A stretch of DNA of 33,227 nt. It comes from Prevotellaceae bacterium. GTDB taxonomy: Bacteria; Bacteroidota; Bacteroidia; Bacteroidales; UBA932. Each line of letters opens with the position of its first letter. Position 1 is the first letter of the stretch. The translations under genes and the position numbers were made by a program. Under the pieces are notes generated by a model, which saw only the letters and a program-made list of their open reading frames with translations, was not told the DNA's origin and did not search any database. The stretch is from positions 1 to 33,227 of the forward strand of contig JAIRKX010000046.1 of the NCBI GenBank assembly GCA_031259805.1, in the 5' to 3' direction. Of this stretch, positions 7,952-15,493 are shown piece after piece.

Positions 7952-10084
7952 CTAATCATCTATCACACAACGGATGACGTATAAGCTAGTGTGGTAAGCC
8001 TGCCCCGTAATGCAGTCCCATGATCTAACGTACTTGTAACTGTATTGAGCTTCGTCTACTGCACCCAAATAAGAATCATTACCATTAGGAAACCCGTCTA
8101 ACCCGCCGGGTAGGGTAGCCTGGTTTGCGCACATACATTCGAGTTCGGTTTGGGATGGTATCCGCGCACCAAGATTTTTGCATCCAGACCTTGCAGCTAA
8201 ATAATCGGTACAGAAGTCATATGGTTCGGTTGTCTGGTATAATCGGAAGCCCGGGCACCCCGGCACACAGCCGCTGTTGATTGTTACCGCCTTTGAAACT
8301 GAAGTTGTACCCGTACAATAGGCACTCTTTCCTTGTACGGTGTAATTACCTGTGGCGGTAGCCGTGTAATTGGCGTTGACGCCGGATTGCACTTGCTGGC
8401 CGTCTTTATACCATATATAGGAGGTTGCGCCAGATACTGTTGCAGTAAGCGTTACAGAGGCATCCGGGCAGGTATTCTGGACGTCGCCAGTAATAGAGGC
8501 AGCGCCTACGGTGGCATAAGTAGCTATCACCTTTGTCGCCTCCGCCGATTCGCAACCTAGCGCGGAAGCGGCTTTGACGGTGTAGGTAGCGTTGGCGGTA
8601 ACGATTACATCGGTAGTGTTGGCGGTTTGCCAGCCGACGTTATTAAAGTTGTAGGAGGCGGCGCCGGTGGTGGCGGTTAGCCTCACCGACGTGCCGGCGC
8701 AGACGGTAGCGCTGGCGGCGGAGAGGGTGATATTGGCAGGGGCGGCCTCTACCGCTACCGTCTCCGTCGCTTCCGCCGATTCGCAGCCTGCCGCAGAAGC
8801 GGCTTTGACGGTAAAAGTCGTGTCGCCGTTTACGGTAACGTTCTTGGTGTTACCTGCCTGCCATGCGCTGCCGTTAAAGGAATACGAGGCGGCGCCGTCA
8901 GCCGAAGCTTCCAGCGTAATCTCCGTGCCCACACAAACGGTAGTACTCGATGCGGAGAGGGTAATATTGGTCGGGGCTGCCCCTGCCGCTACCGTCGTCG
9001 AAGCTGCCGCAACCGTCTCGCAGCCTGCCGCGGAACGGGCTTTGACGGTATAGGTGGCGTTGGCGGTTACGGCTACGTTGGTGGTGTTGGAGGGTTGCCA
9101 GTCGGTGTTGTTAAAGTTGTAAAATGCGGCACCGGCGGTGGCGGTCAGTGTTACCTGCGTGCCGGCGCAGACCGTAGCGCTGGCGGCAGAGAGGGTAACC
9201 GACGGCGCTTCGCCTACGGTCAACACCCAGTTGCCGTCAGAGGCCAGCGGCATAATATTACACGTTTGGTCGTTAACCTTACGGGTATAGGTATACACGC
9301 CGGGCATAAGCGTATCCGGCGGAGTATAGTCCGCGCCCGTCGCATCGGCAATTAAATCGCCGTCTTTGTACCACGAATAAGAAAGCCGTCCGTCGCCGCC
9401 GTCGAAGGGCATGATACCGGTAATCGGCTTAGGTGCGTCGCCTGTACAAACGGTATCGCCGGTAGTTAAGATACTGCCGGTAACGATAGGCGGGTTGACC
9501 ACAAAGCCCGGACAGCCGGTCGAATCGGTGATAGAGGTGATACACGCGCCCGAGCCAAAGGAATGTGAGGGTTCGATGATTGTCCCGTTAATAATAAAGG
9601 GAGGCGTGCCTTTCAAGGCATATCCGCCGCCGGACTGCAAGGTAGCGTTGGGCGGCCAGTCGGAGGCGTAGACACAGGCGTTGAATTTTGTATTGACGGG
9701 GGTGGCTAAGGTTACGGTAAGGGTGGCGTCGAGCGCACCCGACGAGTTGCCGATAAGATAAAAGCCGCGACCGGGCAGCGAGACAGGATACGACAGCGTG
9801 CCGGCGGTCGTCGTCGCGCCGGTAATCGTGGCCGATGTCCATGCGCCCACCGACCCGTCGGGGTTTACCGTGCGATAGTCGGCGAAGATCCACACCGTAT
9901 CGCGGTGATTGGGCGTCGACGAGGGCGGAGTTGCCCAGCCGACGTGGAAAGTCAATGCCGGCACAGCGCCTTCGGTAATGCTCAATTGCGTAACGCGCAC
10001 CACGCTCTGCGCATAACAGAAACTCCCGAATCCCAAAAGGGCAAGCAGGAGCAGGGCGGTTTTTGTGGAAGATAGTTTTTTCAT
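7952..10084 (-). CDS. Secreted cell-surface protein: N-terminal module + Ig-like repeats + lectin-like (DUF1566 / Fib_succ_major-like) C-terminal domain
   Basis: 710 aa. The signal peptide is MKKLSSTKTALLLLALLGFGSFCYA|QS. Three ~76-aa tandem Ig-like repeats follow (ITLSA.S.TVC.GT...L.A...GAASY.FN...WQ..NT..V.V....T.TVKA.SA.GCES.EA), then a fourth CxxxxVTL...YIWYKDG unit. The C-terminus ...ARIPSQTELECM...SYLGA...YVIRCVIDD resembles the WRLPT..EL / ..VRCV motifs of DUF1566 / Fibrobacter paralogous domains; that comparison is from memory. Confidence 0.85.
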   Translation of the reverse strand: MKKLSSTKTALLLLALLGFGSFCYAQSVVRVTQLSITEGAVPALTFHVGWATPPSSTPNHRDTVWIFADYRTVNPDGSVGAWTSATITGATTTAGTLSYPVSLPGRGFYLIGNSSGALDATLTVTLATPVNTKFNACVYASDWPPNATLQSGGGYALKGTPPFIINGTIIEPSHSFGSGACITSITDSTGCPGFVVNPPIVTGSILTTGDTVCTGDAPKPITGIMPFDGGDGRLSYSWYKDGDLIADATGADYTPPDTLMPGVYTYTRKVNDQTCNIMPLASDGNWVLTVGEAPSVTLSAASATVCAGTQVTLTATAGAAFYNFNNTDWQPSNTTNVAVTANATYTVKARSAAGCETVAAASTTVAAGAAPTNITLSASSTTVCVGTEITLEASADGAASYSFNGSAWQAGNTKNVTVNGDTTFTVKAASAAGCESAEATETVAVEAAPANITLSAASATVCAGTSVRLTATTGAASYNFNNVGWQTANTTDVIVTANATYTVKAASALGCESAEATKVIATYATVGAASITGDVQNTCPDASVTLTATVSGATSYIWYKDGQQVQSGVNANYTATATGNYTVQGKSAYCTGTTSVSKAVTINSGCVPGCPGFRLYQTTEPYDFCTDYLAARSGCKNLGARIPSQTELECMCANQATLPGGLDGFPNGNDSYLGAVDEAQYSYKYVRSWDCITGQAYHTSLYVIRCVIDD
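8516..9211 (-). repeat. Three tandem ~228-bp coding repeats (Ig-like domains) inside the 710-aa gene
   Basis: Protein residues ~292-523 form three consecutive ~76-aa units of high mutual similarity: APSVTLSAASATVCAGTQVTL..., APTNITLSASSTTVCVGTEITL..., APANITLSAASATVCAGTSVRL.... Confidence 0.85.
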
Positions 10085-10089
10085 TAAGT

Positions 10090-10184
10090 GTTAATTGTGA
10101 GTTGTTAATTATTCATAGTTCTTAACTCTTAGTTCTTAGTTAAATCCACCCCCGCCTGTCGGCACCCCCGCCAGCGGGGGAGAG
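10090..10184. repeat. Direct-repeat element, copy 1 (AT-rich TTAA microrepeats + GC-rich hairpin motif), abutting the surface-protein ATG
   Basis: The core at 10118..10184 is gttcttaactcttagttcttagttaaatccacccccgcctgtcggcacccccgccagcgggggagag. It is near-identical to 10691..10758 and contains a CCCCCG-CCAG-CGGGGG hairpin. Confidence 0.9.
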
Positions 10185-10319
10185 GTGCGCAAAGCGCCGG
10201 TGCAGAACGCGGGAGATTCCGAGCGGAGCACCCGCAGTGGATTGCTTCGGGCTACGCCCTCGTAATGACGAGAGACGGACGTTCTGTATATTTATGGCGA
10301 CGTGTCGCGCCGGCATTAG

Positions 10320-10390
10320 GACATGTCTTAACGGTAAAAAGACGTGTCTTAACGATAAAAAGACATGTCTTAACAGCAAAAAGACATGTC
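10320..10390. repeat. Four palindromic 8-mers (GACATGTC / GACGTGTC) phased at exactly 21 bp
   Basis: Units start at 10320, 10341, 10362 and 10383: GACATGTCTTAACGGTAAAAA, GACGTGTCTTAACGATAAAAA, GACATGTCTTAACAGCAAAAA, GACATGTCCCAAT.... GACATGTC is self-complementary. Confidence 0.9.
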
Positions 10391-10485
10391 CCAATAGTAT
10401 ATCGGTAAGCGAGCTGCTGCATCCCTTGCCTCGCAAGGCTTTGGGAAAGCGTGTCGCTGTAATTAACTGTGTATTAGTAAGTTGT

Positions 10486-10497
10486 GGGGGGGGGGGG
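10486..10497. repeat. G12 (C12 on the minus strand) homopolymeric tract
   Basis: Counted directly: gttgt + 12 G + tag. It lies 402 nt upstream of the ATG at 10084. Confidence 0.95.
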
Positions 10498-10609
10498 TAG
10501 AATTAGATATTAAAAAAAACGACATCGCTTCGGCGTCCGAGAGAAGCGAAGCAGGTACAGTCGGATGTTTTGTCGTATTCATTTTATCTTTATTCCGTGT
10601 TTGAGAGTG

Positions 10610-10617
10610 CAAATGTA
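10610..10617 (-). promoter_or_regulatory. -7 promoter box (TACATTTG), the only canonical one in the tex / surface-protein intergenic region
   Basis: Plus strand CAAATGTA is the reverse complement of TACATTTG. I scanned 10085..10780 by eye for CAAAnnTA and found no other match. It lies 526 nt upstream of the ATG at 10084. Confidence 0.45.
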
Positions 10618-10641
10618 CGCATCTTTTTTAAATAGGCAAGC

Positions 10642-10758
10642 GTTAATTGTTAATTGTTAATTGTTAGTTGTTCTTAACTCTTAACTCTTAGTTCTTAACT
10701 CTTAGTTCTTAGTTAAGTCCACCCCCGCCCTGCGGGCACCCCCGCCAGCGGGGGAGAG
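10642..10758. repeat. Direct-repeat element, copy 2 (expanded GTTAATTGT and CTTAACTCTTAGTT microrepeats + the same GC-rich hairpin motif), just after the tex stop
   Basis: 10691..10758 matches 10118..10184 apart from a few substitutions and one indel. The upstream AT-rich part carries GTTAATTGT x3 and extra CTTAACT units. Confidence 0.9.
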
Positions 10759-10780
10759 CTACGCAGGTTGCGCTTGTGCT

Positions 10781-12907
10781 TTATGCTTCCATGCTTAACT
10801 TTATTCTATTTCTTTCCAGATCTACGTGCAGCACTTTGACCATGACGTGCTGGTGCAGTTTGACTATATCGGTCGGGCTGGTTATGCGGTGGTTCGACAG
10901 TTTGGAAATATGTACCAGTCCGTTGTGTTTAATTCCTATGTCGACAAATACTCCGAAGTTGGTAATGTTCGTGACGATGCCGGGCAGTACCATGCCTACC
11001 CGCAAGTCTTCGATAGAGAATACGTCGGGCGCAAATTCGAAGACGGAGGCCATCTGGCGCGGGTCGCGACCGGGTTTGGAGAGTTCGTTCATAATGTCGG
11101 TCAGCGTGGGGATGCCGACGTTGTCGCTGACGTAGCGGGCGAGGTCGATTTTTTGGCGTGCCGTTTCGGAGGCCATCAGTTCGCGGACGGTGTGCTGTAC
11201 GTCGCGCGCCATGCGTTCGATCAGGTCATAGCGTTCGGGGTGGACGGCGCTGTTGTCTAACGGGTTTTTGGCTTTGGGGATGCGGAGGAAGCCGGCGCTC
11301 TGTTCAAAGGCTTTTTCGCCCAGGCGTTTTACGTTCTTCAGTTGTTCGCGCGACAGGAATGCGCCATGTTCCTTACGGAAATCTACAATGTGTTGCGCTA
11401 CCTGCGGCCCTATGCCCGATACGTACATCAGCAGATGTTTGCTGGCGGTGTTGAGGTTTACGCCTACGTTGTTTACGCAGCTTTCTACCACGGCGTCCAG
11501 TCGTTCTTTCAGTTTCTTTTGGTCGACATCGTGCTGGTATTGCCCGACGCCGATTGATTTCGGGTCTATTTTCACCAGTTCGGCCAGCGGGTCCATCAGG
11601 CGACGGCCGATTGATACCGCGCCGCGTACCGTTACGTCGTACTCCGGCAATTCTTCGCGGGCAATGGCCGAGGCGGAATAGATCGACGCGCCGTCTTCGC
11701 TTACCATAAATACCTGTACTGTGCGGGAGAATACCATTCTTTGGAGAAACAGTTCCGTCTCGCGGCTGGCCGTGCCGTTGCCTACGGCAATGGCGGTTAT
11801 TTTGTAAGCTTCGATTAGCATGTTGAGTTTGCGCATGGCGCTGCTGCGTTCGTTTTGCGGCGGGTGGGGGTAAATTGTTTCGTTGTGTAGCAGGTTGCCT
11901 TGGTTGTCGAGGCATACGACTTTGCATCCGGTGCGGAAGCCCGGGTCGATGGCCAGCACGCGCTGTTGTCCCAACGGCGCTGCCAATAGCAGCTGACGCA
12001 GGTTTTCGGCAAATACGTTGATGGCCTCGGCATCGGCTTTTTCCTTTTGCCAGTGGATGGTTTCGGTTTCGAGCGACGGGCATAGCAGTCGTTTGTAAGC
12101 ATCGGCGGCGGCGGCTTTGAGTTGTCCGCAGACGAAGGCCGGCGACTCGTCCCGGATAATCAGACGTTCGATCGCCTCTATCGCTTTTTCCTCATAGGGA
12201 ATCAGTTTGATGGACAGAAATCCTTCGTTGTGCCCGCGCAGCACGGCCAGAAAACGGTGCGACGGGACGGCTTTCAGTCGTTCGGTATAGTCGAAATAAC
12301 CTGCATACTTCGCGCCTTCCTCTTCTTTTCCTTTGACGACTTTGGCGTGTAACGTCGCCTCGCGTTGGAACAGCCCTCTCAAGGCGGCGCGGACGCGGGG
12401 GGCCTCGTTGATTTGTTCGGCGATGATGTCGCGCGCGCCGGCCAGTGCATCCTCGACGGTCGGCAGATCGGGTGTAATAAACGGTCGGGCGTCGATATCG
12501 GGCGTTTGCTGTAGCCAAATCATCGCAGCCAGCGGCTCAAGCCCTCGTTCTCGGGCGATGGTGGCGCGTGTACGGCGTTTCGGACGGTAGGGCAGATACA
12601 GGTCTTCCAGCGCCGTCAGTGTAAGGCAGCCGTCTATTTGGGCTTTGAGCGTGTCGGTCAGTTTGCCTTGCTCGGCGATCGTTTTGACGATGGTGTCCTT
12701 CCGTCCGTCTAATTCTTTGAATTTGGCCGCATGGTATTTGATGTCGGCTACCTGTACTTCGTCGAGGCTGCCTGTCGCCTCCTTGCGGTAACGGCTGATG
12801 AACGGGACGGTAGCGCCTTCGTCGAGCAGTTTCAATGTGTGTTCGACTTGCCACTCTTTCGCGCCGGTGGCTTGTGCAATAATAGAAATGTACGTGTGTT
12901 GTAACAT
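10781..12907 (-). CDS. tex: Tex-like transcription accessory protein (YqgF/HhH/S1 domains)
   Basis: 708 aa. The N-terminus ...WQVEHTLKLLDEGATVPFISRYRKEATGSLDE is the classic Tex N-terminus. The C-terminal S1 domain is GMVLPGIVTNITNFGVFVDIG...GLVHISKLS. Confidence 0.93.
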   Translation of the reverse strand: MLQHTYISIIAQATGAKEWQVEHTLKLLDEGATVPFISRYRKEATGSLDEVQVADIKYHAAKFKELDGRKDTIVKTIAEQGKLTDTLKAQIDGCLTLTALEDLYLPYRPKRRTRATIARERGLEPLAAMIWLQQTPDIDARPFITPDLPTVEDALAGARDIIAEQINEAPRVRAALRGLFQREATLHAKVVKGKEEEGAKYAGYFDYTERLKAVPSHRFLAVLRGHNEGFLSIKLIPYEEKAIEAIERLIIRDESPAFVCGQLKAAAADAYKRLLCPSLETETIHWQKEKADAEAINVFAENLRQLLLAAPLGQQRVLAIDPGFRTGCKVVCLDNQGNLLHNETIYPHPPQNERSSAMRKLNMLIEAYKITAIAVGNGTASRETELFLQRMVFSRTVQVFMVSEDGASIYSASAIAREELPEYDVTVRGAVSIGRRLMDPLAELVKIDPKSIGVGQYQHDVDQKKLKERLDAVVESCVNNVGVNLNTASKHLLMYVSGIGPQVAQHIVDFRKEHGAFLSREQLKNVKRLGEKAFEQSAGFLRIPKAKNPLDNSAVHPERYDLIERMARDVQHTVRELMASETARQKIDLARYVSDNVGIPTLTDIMNELSKPGRDPRQMASVFEFAPDVFSIEDLRVGMVLPGIVTNITNFGVFVDIGIKHNGLVHISKLSNHRITSPTDIVKLHQHVMVKVLHVDLERNRIKLSMEA

Positions 12908-12942
12908 AAAGTTGAAAAGAGGTGTGAAGTATGTATTACGGT

Positions 12943-14733
12943 TTATTCGTATGAAAATTCCTTTAGTTGCCGGCGGTAGGCGTTAAATATTTTGGATTTG
13001 GACACGAAGCCGATGTACTTGTTTTGGTCGTCGACTACGGGTAGATTCCAGACGTCGTGTTGTTCGAACTTGTCGAGTACCGACGCCATGTTTTCATACT
13101 CGTTGACTGTGGCCGGCACGGGTTGCATGAGGTCGCGTACGAAGGTGGTGGCGTATCGCTCGGCGTCGAACATGATGGGACGAATGTCGTCGAGCAGTAC
13201 GATACCCAGCAGGTTGTTGTGCATGTCGATTACCGGGAACAGGTTGCGGCTCGAGCGCGCTACGACCTTTATCAGTACGCCCAGCGAATGGTCGGGCAAT
13301 ACGGCGTTGAAGTTCGTTTCGATCAGCGGGCGGATGTGGAGCAGTGTGAGCACAGCCTTGTCCTTATCGTGTGTCAGCAGGTCGCCACGCAGCGCCAGCC
13401 GTTTGGTGTAAATCGAATGTTTCTCGAAGCCGCGGATGGTTACGAACGATGTGGCCGAAGCCAGCATCAGCGGCATCAGCAGGTCGTAGCCTTTGGTAAT
13501 TTCGGCGATGAGGAAAATGGCCGTCAACGGCGCTTGCATCACGCCGGCCATCATGCCCGCCATGCCCACCAGTGCGAAGTTGGCTTCGGGTACTGTATGG
13601 ATGCCGCTGATGTTGATCAGTCGCGCCACCAGAAAGCCGGCGATGCCGCCCATGAACAGCGTCGGCCCGAATGTCCCGCCTACGCCGCCGCCACTATTGG
13701 TCAACGACATCGAAATAATCTTAAATACCATCACTCCGCCGAAGAACAGCAGGATAAACCATGTTTCGTTTTCGACCGCCCCGAAGAGCGTATGCCCGAA
13801 GGCGCCTCCGACGTTTTCGTTCAGCAGCGCCGACAGCGAGTCGTAGCCTTCGCCGTAGAGCGGCGGGAATAGAACCAGCAATATGCCCAACCCGACGGCG
13901 CAACACAGCCAGCGACGGAGCGGCTTTCGGATGCGTTTCAACTGCGTTTCGATAAACAGCGTGCCGCGTGTGAAATACAGCGAAGCGAGTCCGCAGAATG
14001 CGCCCAGTACAAGGTAGTACGGAATGTTCGACATCGAAAACAGTTCGAGGCTGTCGGTCGGGAACTGCACTACGTCGCCCATCAGCAGGAAGGAGATGGC
14101 AGTGGCTGTTACCGACGACACGAGCAACGGCAGGATAGAACCCATCGTCAGGTCAAACAGCAGGATTTCGAGCGTGAAGACAATGCCGGCCAGCGGCGCT
14201 TTAAAAATCCCCGCCACCGCGCCCGCAGCCCCGCAGCCTAACAGCAGGGCAATGTGTCGTTCCTTCAGATGCAGGATTTGTGCGACCTTCGACCCGATGG
14301 CCGCCCCGGTATAAACGATCGGCGCTTCGGCCCCCACCGACCCGCCGAAGCCGATGGTAATCGTACTGGCCACCATTGAGCTCCATGTGTTATGTCCTTT
14401 GATTTTCGACTTCCTCCGCGAGATTGCATATAGCACTTTCGTGATGCCGTGCCCGATGTCGGCCTTTACCACATAGCGCACGAACAGCAACGAGAGCAGC
14501 ATCCCCACACCCGGATACACGAAAAACAGCAGGCTGTTGGCCGACGTATGAAACCAGTCTGTAAGCGCCCACTGCATAAAGTGGATGGTGTTTTTCAACA
14601 GCACCGCCGCCAGCCCGCTAAAAAAACCGACGACCAGCGCTAAAAGCAGTACCAGTCGACGTTCGGGCAATCGGTGGAGGCGCTGCTGCCCCCGACCGAT
14701 CCAGTGTGTGATTTTATTCTTTGTGGTATTCAT
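12943..14733 (-). CDS. ClC-family chloride channel/antiporter with C-terminal CBS pair
   Basis: The start is at MNTTKNKITHW (ATG is the complement of 14731..14733), giving 596 aa. ClC motifs GGSVGAEAPIV and GIFKAPLAG are present. The C-terminal CBS-like region is ...FPVIDMHNNLLGIVLLDD...NLPVVDDQNKYIGFVS. The 813-aa ORF in the track is a run-on through lipB in another frame. Confidence 0.88.
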   Translation of the reverse strand: MNTTKNKITHWIGRGQQRLHRLPERRLVLLLALVVGFFSGLAAVLLKNTIHFMQWALTDWFHTSANSLLFFVYPGVGMLLSLLFVRYVVKADIGHGITKVLYAISRRKSKIKGHNTWSSMVASTITIGFGGSVGAEAPIVYTGAAIGSKVAQILHLKERHIALLLGCGAAGAVAGIFKAPLAGIVFTLEILLFDLTMGSILPLLVSSVTATAISFLLMGDVVQFPTDSLELFSMSNIPYYLVLGAFCGLASLYFTRGTLFIETQLKRIRKPLRRWLCCAVGLGILLVLFPPLYGEGYDSLSALLNENVGGAFGHTLFGAVENETWFILLFFGGVMVFKIISMSLTNSGGGVGGTFGPTLFMGGIAGFLVARLINISGIHTVPEANFALVGMAGMMAGVMQAPLTAIFLIAEITKGYDLLMPLMLASATSFVTIRGFEKHSIYTKRLALRGDLLTHDKDKAVLTLLHIRPLIETNFNAVLPDHSLGVLIKVVARSSRNLFPVIDMHNNLLGIVLLDDIRPIMFDAERYATTFVRDLMQPVPATVNEYENMASVLDKFEQHDVWNLPVVDDQNKYIGFVSKSKIFNAYRRQLKEFSYE

Positions 14734-15425
14734 TCGTTCGTCAAAGATACAAAATATTTCCGCAGCCATTGTTTCACTTCGTCGATGTCGACCGCCGCAC
14801 CCGTTTCGGCGGCCAGCGACGTTACGCCCTTGTCGGTAAACCCGCACGGGTGGATGTATCGGTAATAGCGCAGATCGGTATTGATGTTCAGCGCCAACCC
14901 ATGTGTCGTTACATAATGCGATGCGTGTACGCCTATTGCGCCTATCTTCCGCGCCGACGGACTTCCGGCATCCAGCCACACCCCCGTAGCGCCGGTCAGC
15001 CGTCCGGCCGTTACGCCATACTGCCGCAAGGTGCGGATGATGATCTCTTCCAGCGTAAAAATGTATTGCTTCAACGATAGATGCAGCCGCTCCAAATCCA
15101 GCACCGGATAACAGACAATCTGTCCGGGGCCATGGTAGGTAATATCTCCGCCACGGTCTACATGGTAATAACGCGCACCGATTTGCGCCAGCCTGTCGGC
15201 GTCGATCAGCAGGTTCGACGTGTTTCCGCGTCGCCCGAGCGTATACACATGCGGATGTTCGCAGAAAACCACTGTCCCCGCCGCCGGCTCGTCGTCCGAT
15301 GTAGCGGAAGCGTGAGCAGTAGCGGAAGCGTGAGCCGTTTTGCGAGCGATCAATTGGGCGGCCATCGCTCGTTGCCGCTCCCACGCTTCGGCGTAGTCGA
15401 TAATATCCCAGTCGAGAAAAAGCAT
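14730..15425 (-). CDS. lipB: Lipoyl(octanoyl) transferase LipB
   Basis: EHPHVYTLGRRG...RGGDITYHGPGQIVCYP...KIGAIGVH...THGLALNINTDL are LipB signatures. The stop overlaps the ClC start (ATGA). The gene contains the in-frame duplication AHASATAHASAT. Confidence 0.9.
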   Translation of the reverse strand: MLFLDWDIIDYAEAWERQRAMAAQLIARKTAHASATAHASATSDDEPAAGTVVFCEHPHVYTLGRRGNTSNLLIDADRLAQIGARYYHVDRGGDITYHGPGQIVCYPVLDLERLHLSLKQYIFTLEEIIIRTLRQYGVTAGRLTGATGVWLDAGSPSARKIGAIGVHASHYVTTHGLALNINTDLRYYRYIHPCGFTDKGVTSLAAETGAAVDIDEVKQWLRKYFVSLTNE

Positions 15426-15493
15426 GTTAATGTATTTTGCAAAATTCCGTATACGCTCTGAACATCGTTATCTTTAAACTGGAGGCCGTCGGC

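Noticed and set aside
7952-8280. Diversity-generating retroelement targeting the lectin-like C-terminus of the 710-aa protein
   Set aside because: Lectin-fold C-termini are typical DGR targets. However, the window has no reverse transcriptase, no template-repeat copy of this segment and no adenine-specific mismatch pattern.
1-10084. T9SS C-terminal sorting domain or lipoprotein lipobox on the two surface proteins
   Set aside because: Both C-termini are Cys-rich or lectin-like and do not resemble the ~80-aa beta-sandwich CTD pattern. The 710-aa signal peptide fits SPase I cleavage (CYA|QS) better than a lipobox. The secretion route is therefore left open.
10140-10500. ORFs 10140..10436 (-) and 10237..10500 (+) as ordinary stand-alone protein genes
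   Set aside because: They overlap each other on opposite strands. Both owe their openness largely to the 21-bp palindromic repeats, both run through the GC-rich repeat element, and both have non-ATG starts. They are kept only as frames relevant to the homopolymer-switch hypothesis, not as annotated genes.
14734-15384. N-terminal ~217 aa of the 813-aa minus-strand ORF 12943..15384
   Set aside because: This Arg/Gly-rich run-on overlaps lipB in another frame. The ClC homology and its first TM helix start right after MNTTKNK (14733), which is coupled to the lipB stop by an ATGA overlap.
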